Below, piece by piece: positions 62,836 to 64,000 of a DNA stretch of 64,000 nucleotides. Within the stretch, counting starts at the first letter, position 1. Each line of letters begins with the position of its first letter. Made by a program: the position numbers and the translations under genes. The notes under the pieces were generated by a model, which saw only the letters and a list, made by a program, of their open reading frames with translations, was not told the origin of the DNA and ran no database searches. The DNA is from Liolophura sinensis (taxonomy: Eukaryota), in the NCBI RefSeq assembly GCF_032854445.1, contig NC_088300.1, positions 60,598,969 to 60,662,968 of the forward strand, given 5' to 3'.

Positions 62836-63651
62836 ACTGTCATATGACAGAAAAAAGATAACCAAGCTTTAATCCACGATAGTATAAACTGCTACACTTA
62901 AATACATGTACCCACATTTGATGAACTTTCCACCAGTCCCTCAGACTCCACATTACGCGGCATTAACTCCTCCCCAATTTCATATTCCCATTTCTCAACA
63001 CCCAGACTGCTTTTCTTTCTCCACTTGCGCACTGAAGCGAAAGGACACAAGTGAAGATACACATATATGTATACATCAGAGTATTTTGTACCTGGTCGCA
63101 AAAGCAAATCTGGAACACATCTAATATTAAATTGTCACTAACAATATACATGTACACTCTAGTTGTCTCACTTAGAATTAACAGGGTCCAGCATGGGCAG
63201 GAGTCCTATATTAGTGGTCACTTTGTGTTGCAGCACCTTCATTTTAGTTTCACTTTCATTTTTACGAGAATGAGTTTGTACACATGTTTGTGATGATGCA
63301 TTGTAACTAGTGTCATCATGGTAATATACACAACATCTTTGCTTTAGAGAATTTCTACAAGAAATGTTTGTAATGTGCACACAGGTTTTGCCAAATTACA
63401 AGTTCTAACCCACACCCCTAGAGGGAGAACATGAATACGAGAATCCAGAGAACATTGTTTTAGGTGTTAGAAATGCACTATGAAGATCATTATCCTCTAC
63501 AATAGAGCGAATTATCTCTCTATAATTCTACATAAACTTGTCTAAATTTAGAATGATCGATCATTTAAGTGTTAACTAGCAGTCTTTAACACCTCTGTCA
63601 TGTAACCCCCTACGTGTGTTTTCCAGTATACTTTAAAAATGTTCAACATAC

Positions 63652-63732
63652 CAATAATTTCATTGCTGCGCACATCATATTCTTCTGCCATCTCTAGACC
63701 ATCTTGGAAGGTGTAATGGACCTTCTTGCGAC
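63652..63732 (-). CDS. DPCD: DPCD exon (GRKKVHYTFQDGLEMAEEYDVRSNEII)
   Basis: Matches human [28 protein letters not shown]. Donor gtatgt. The acceptor assignment (aatgaag) is tentative. The upstream first exon with the ATG was not identified and may lie beyond position 64000. Confidence 0.7.
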
Positions 63733-64000
63733 CTTCATTTAGAACAGGATGTAATGTTATTACGTTTCAACTCATTAAATTCAATGTTGAATTTAGTAAG
63801 TGGAAAACTGTAAGCAACTGATGATCACATTTCGGTTCATCATATTTATCCAGTTAATGTGTATAAAATTTAAAAAAGCACACTCTCACCAAATTACAGA
63901 TCTGTGAGATATATATATATATGGCCACATGGAAAAAAAGAACAGTAAAGTTACTTCTTATTCAAAATACACTCTAAATATGAAGATAATTTAGTTCAAT

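Noticed and set aside
63168-63380. Minus-strand ORF of 70 aa as a candidate DPCD internal exon (VLQHKVTTNIGLLPMLDPVNSK)
   Set aside because: It has weak similarity to the human DPCD VRKWRVKSALG stretch. I could not find splice sites that give the required phases, so it is left unannotated.

Overview
This window is metazoan nuclear DNA, not a prokaryotic or operon-like locus. It is intron-rich, AT-rich, CpG-poor and full of tRNA-derived SINEs and minisatellites. The repeat content suggests an invertebrate, perhaps a mollusc, but that is a guess. Four conserved protein-coding genes can be reconstructed by hand from reading frames, GT/AG splice sites and intron-phase continuity:
(1) An NWD1-like NACHT-plus-WD40 STAND NTPase on the + strand. 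Twelve coding exons run from 149 to the TAA at 17121. Its 5' end lies outside the window.
(2) Major vault protein (MVP) on the - strand. The gene is complete: 25 coding exons from the ATG at 43880 down to the TAA at 21083-21085, with intron phases consistent across every junction.
(3) BUB3, the mitotic checkpoint WD40 protein, on the + strand. Six coding exons run from the ATG at 46823 to the TGA at 53075-53077. It sits head-to-head with MVP across a roughly 3 kb shared upstream region.
(4) DPCD on the - strand, convergent with BUB3. Four exons are resolved, from the stop at 57826-57828 up to about 63732. The first coding exon is unresolved or outside the window.
I find no novel multi-gene system. 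Four things look new and worth testing. First, four tandem arrays, one in NWD1 and three in MVP, each start exactly at a real exon boundary. Their repeat unit is a copy of the exon end plus the adjacent splice site and intron flank, so each array multiplies a cryptic splice site 6 to about 39 times. One of them, a 36-nt unit repeated six times after MVP exon 22, keeps the reading frame open. Second, a roughly 3.2 kb satellite in a DPCD intron has a unit that seems to derive from a SINE segment. Third, a MITE-like element with terminal inverted repeats and subterminal 22-bp direct repeats sits in the MVP/BUB3 bidirectional upstream region. Fourth, a CpG-rich composite element lies in an NWD1 intron.
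Exon coordinates were derived by hand and may be off by a few bases.
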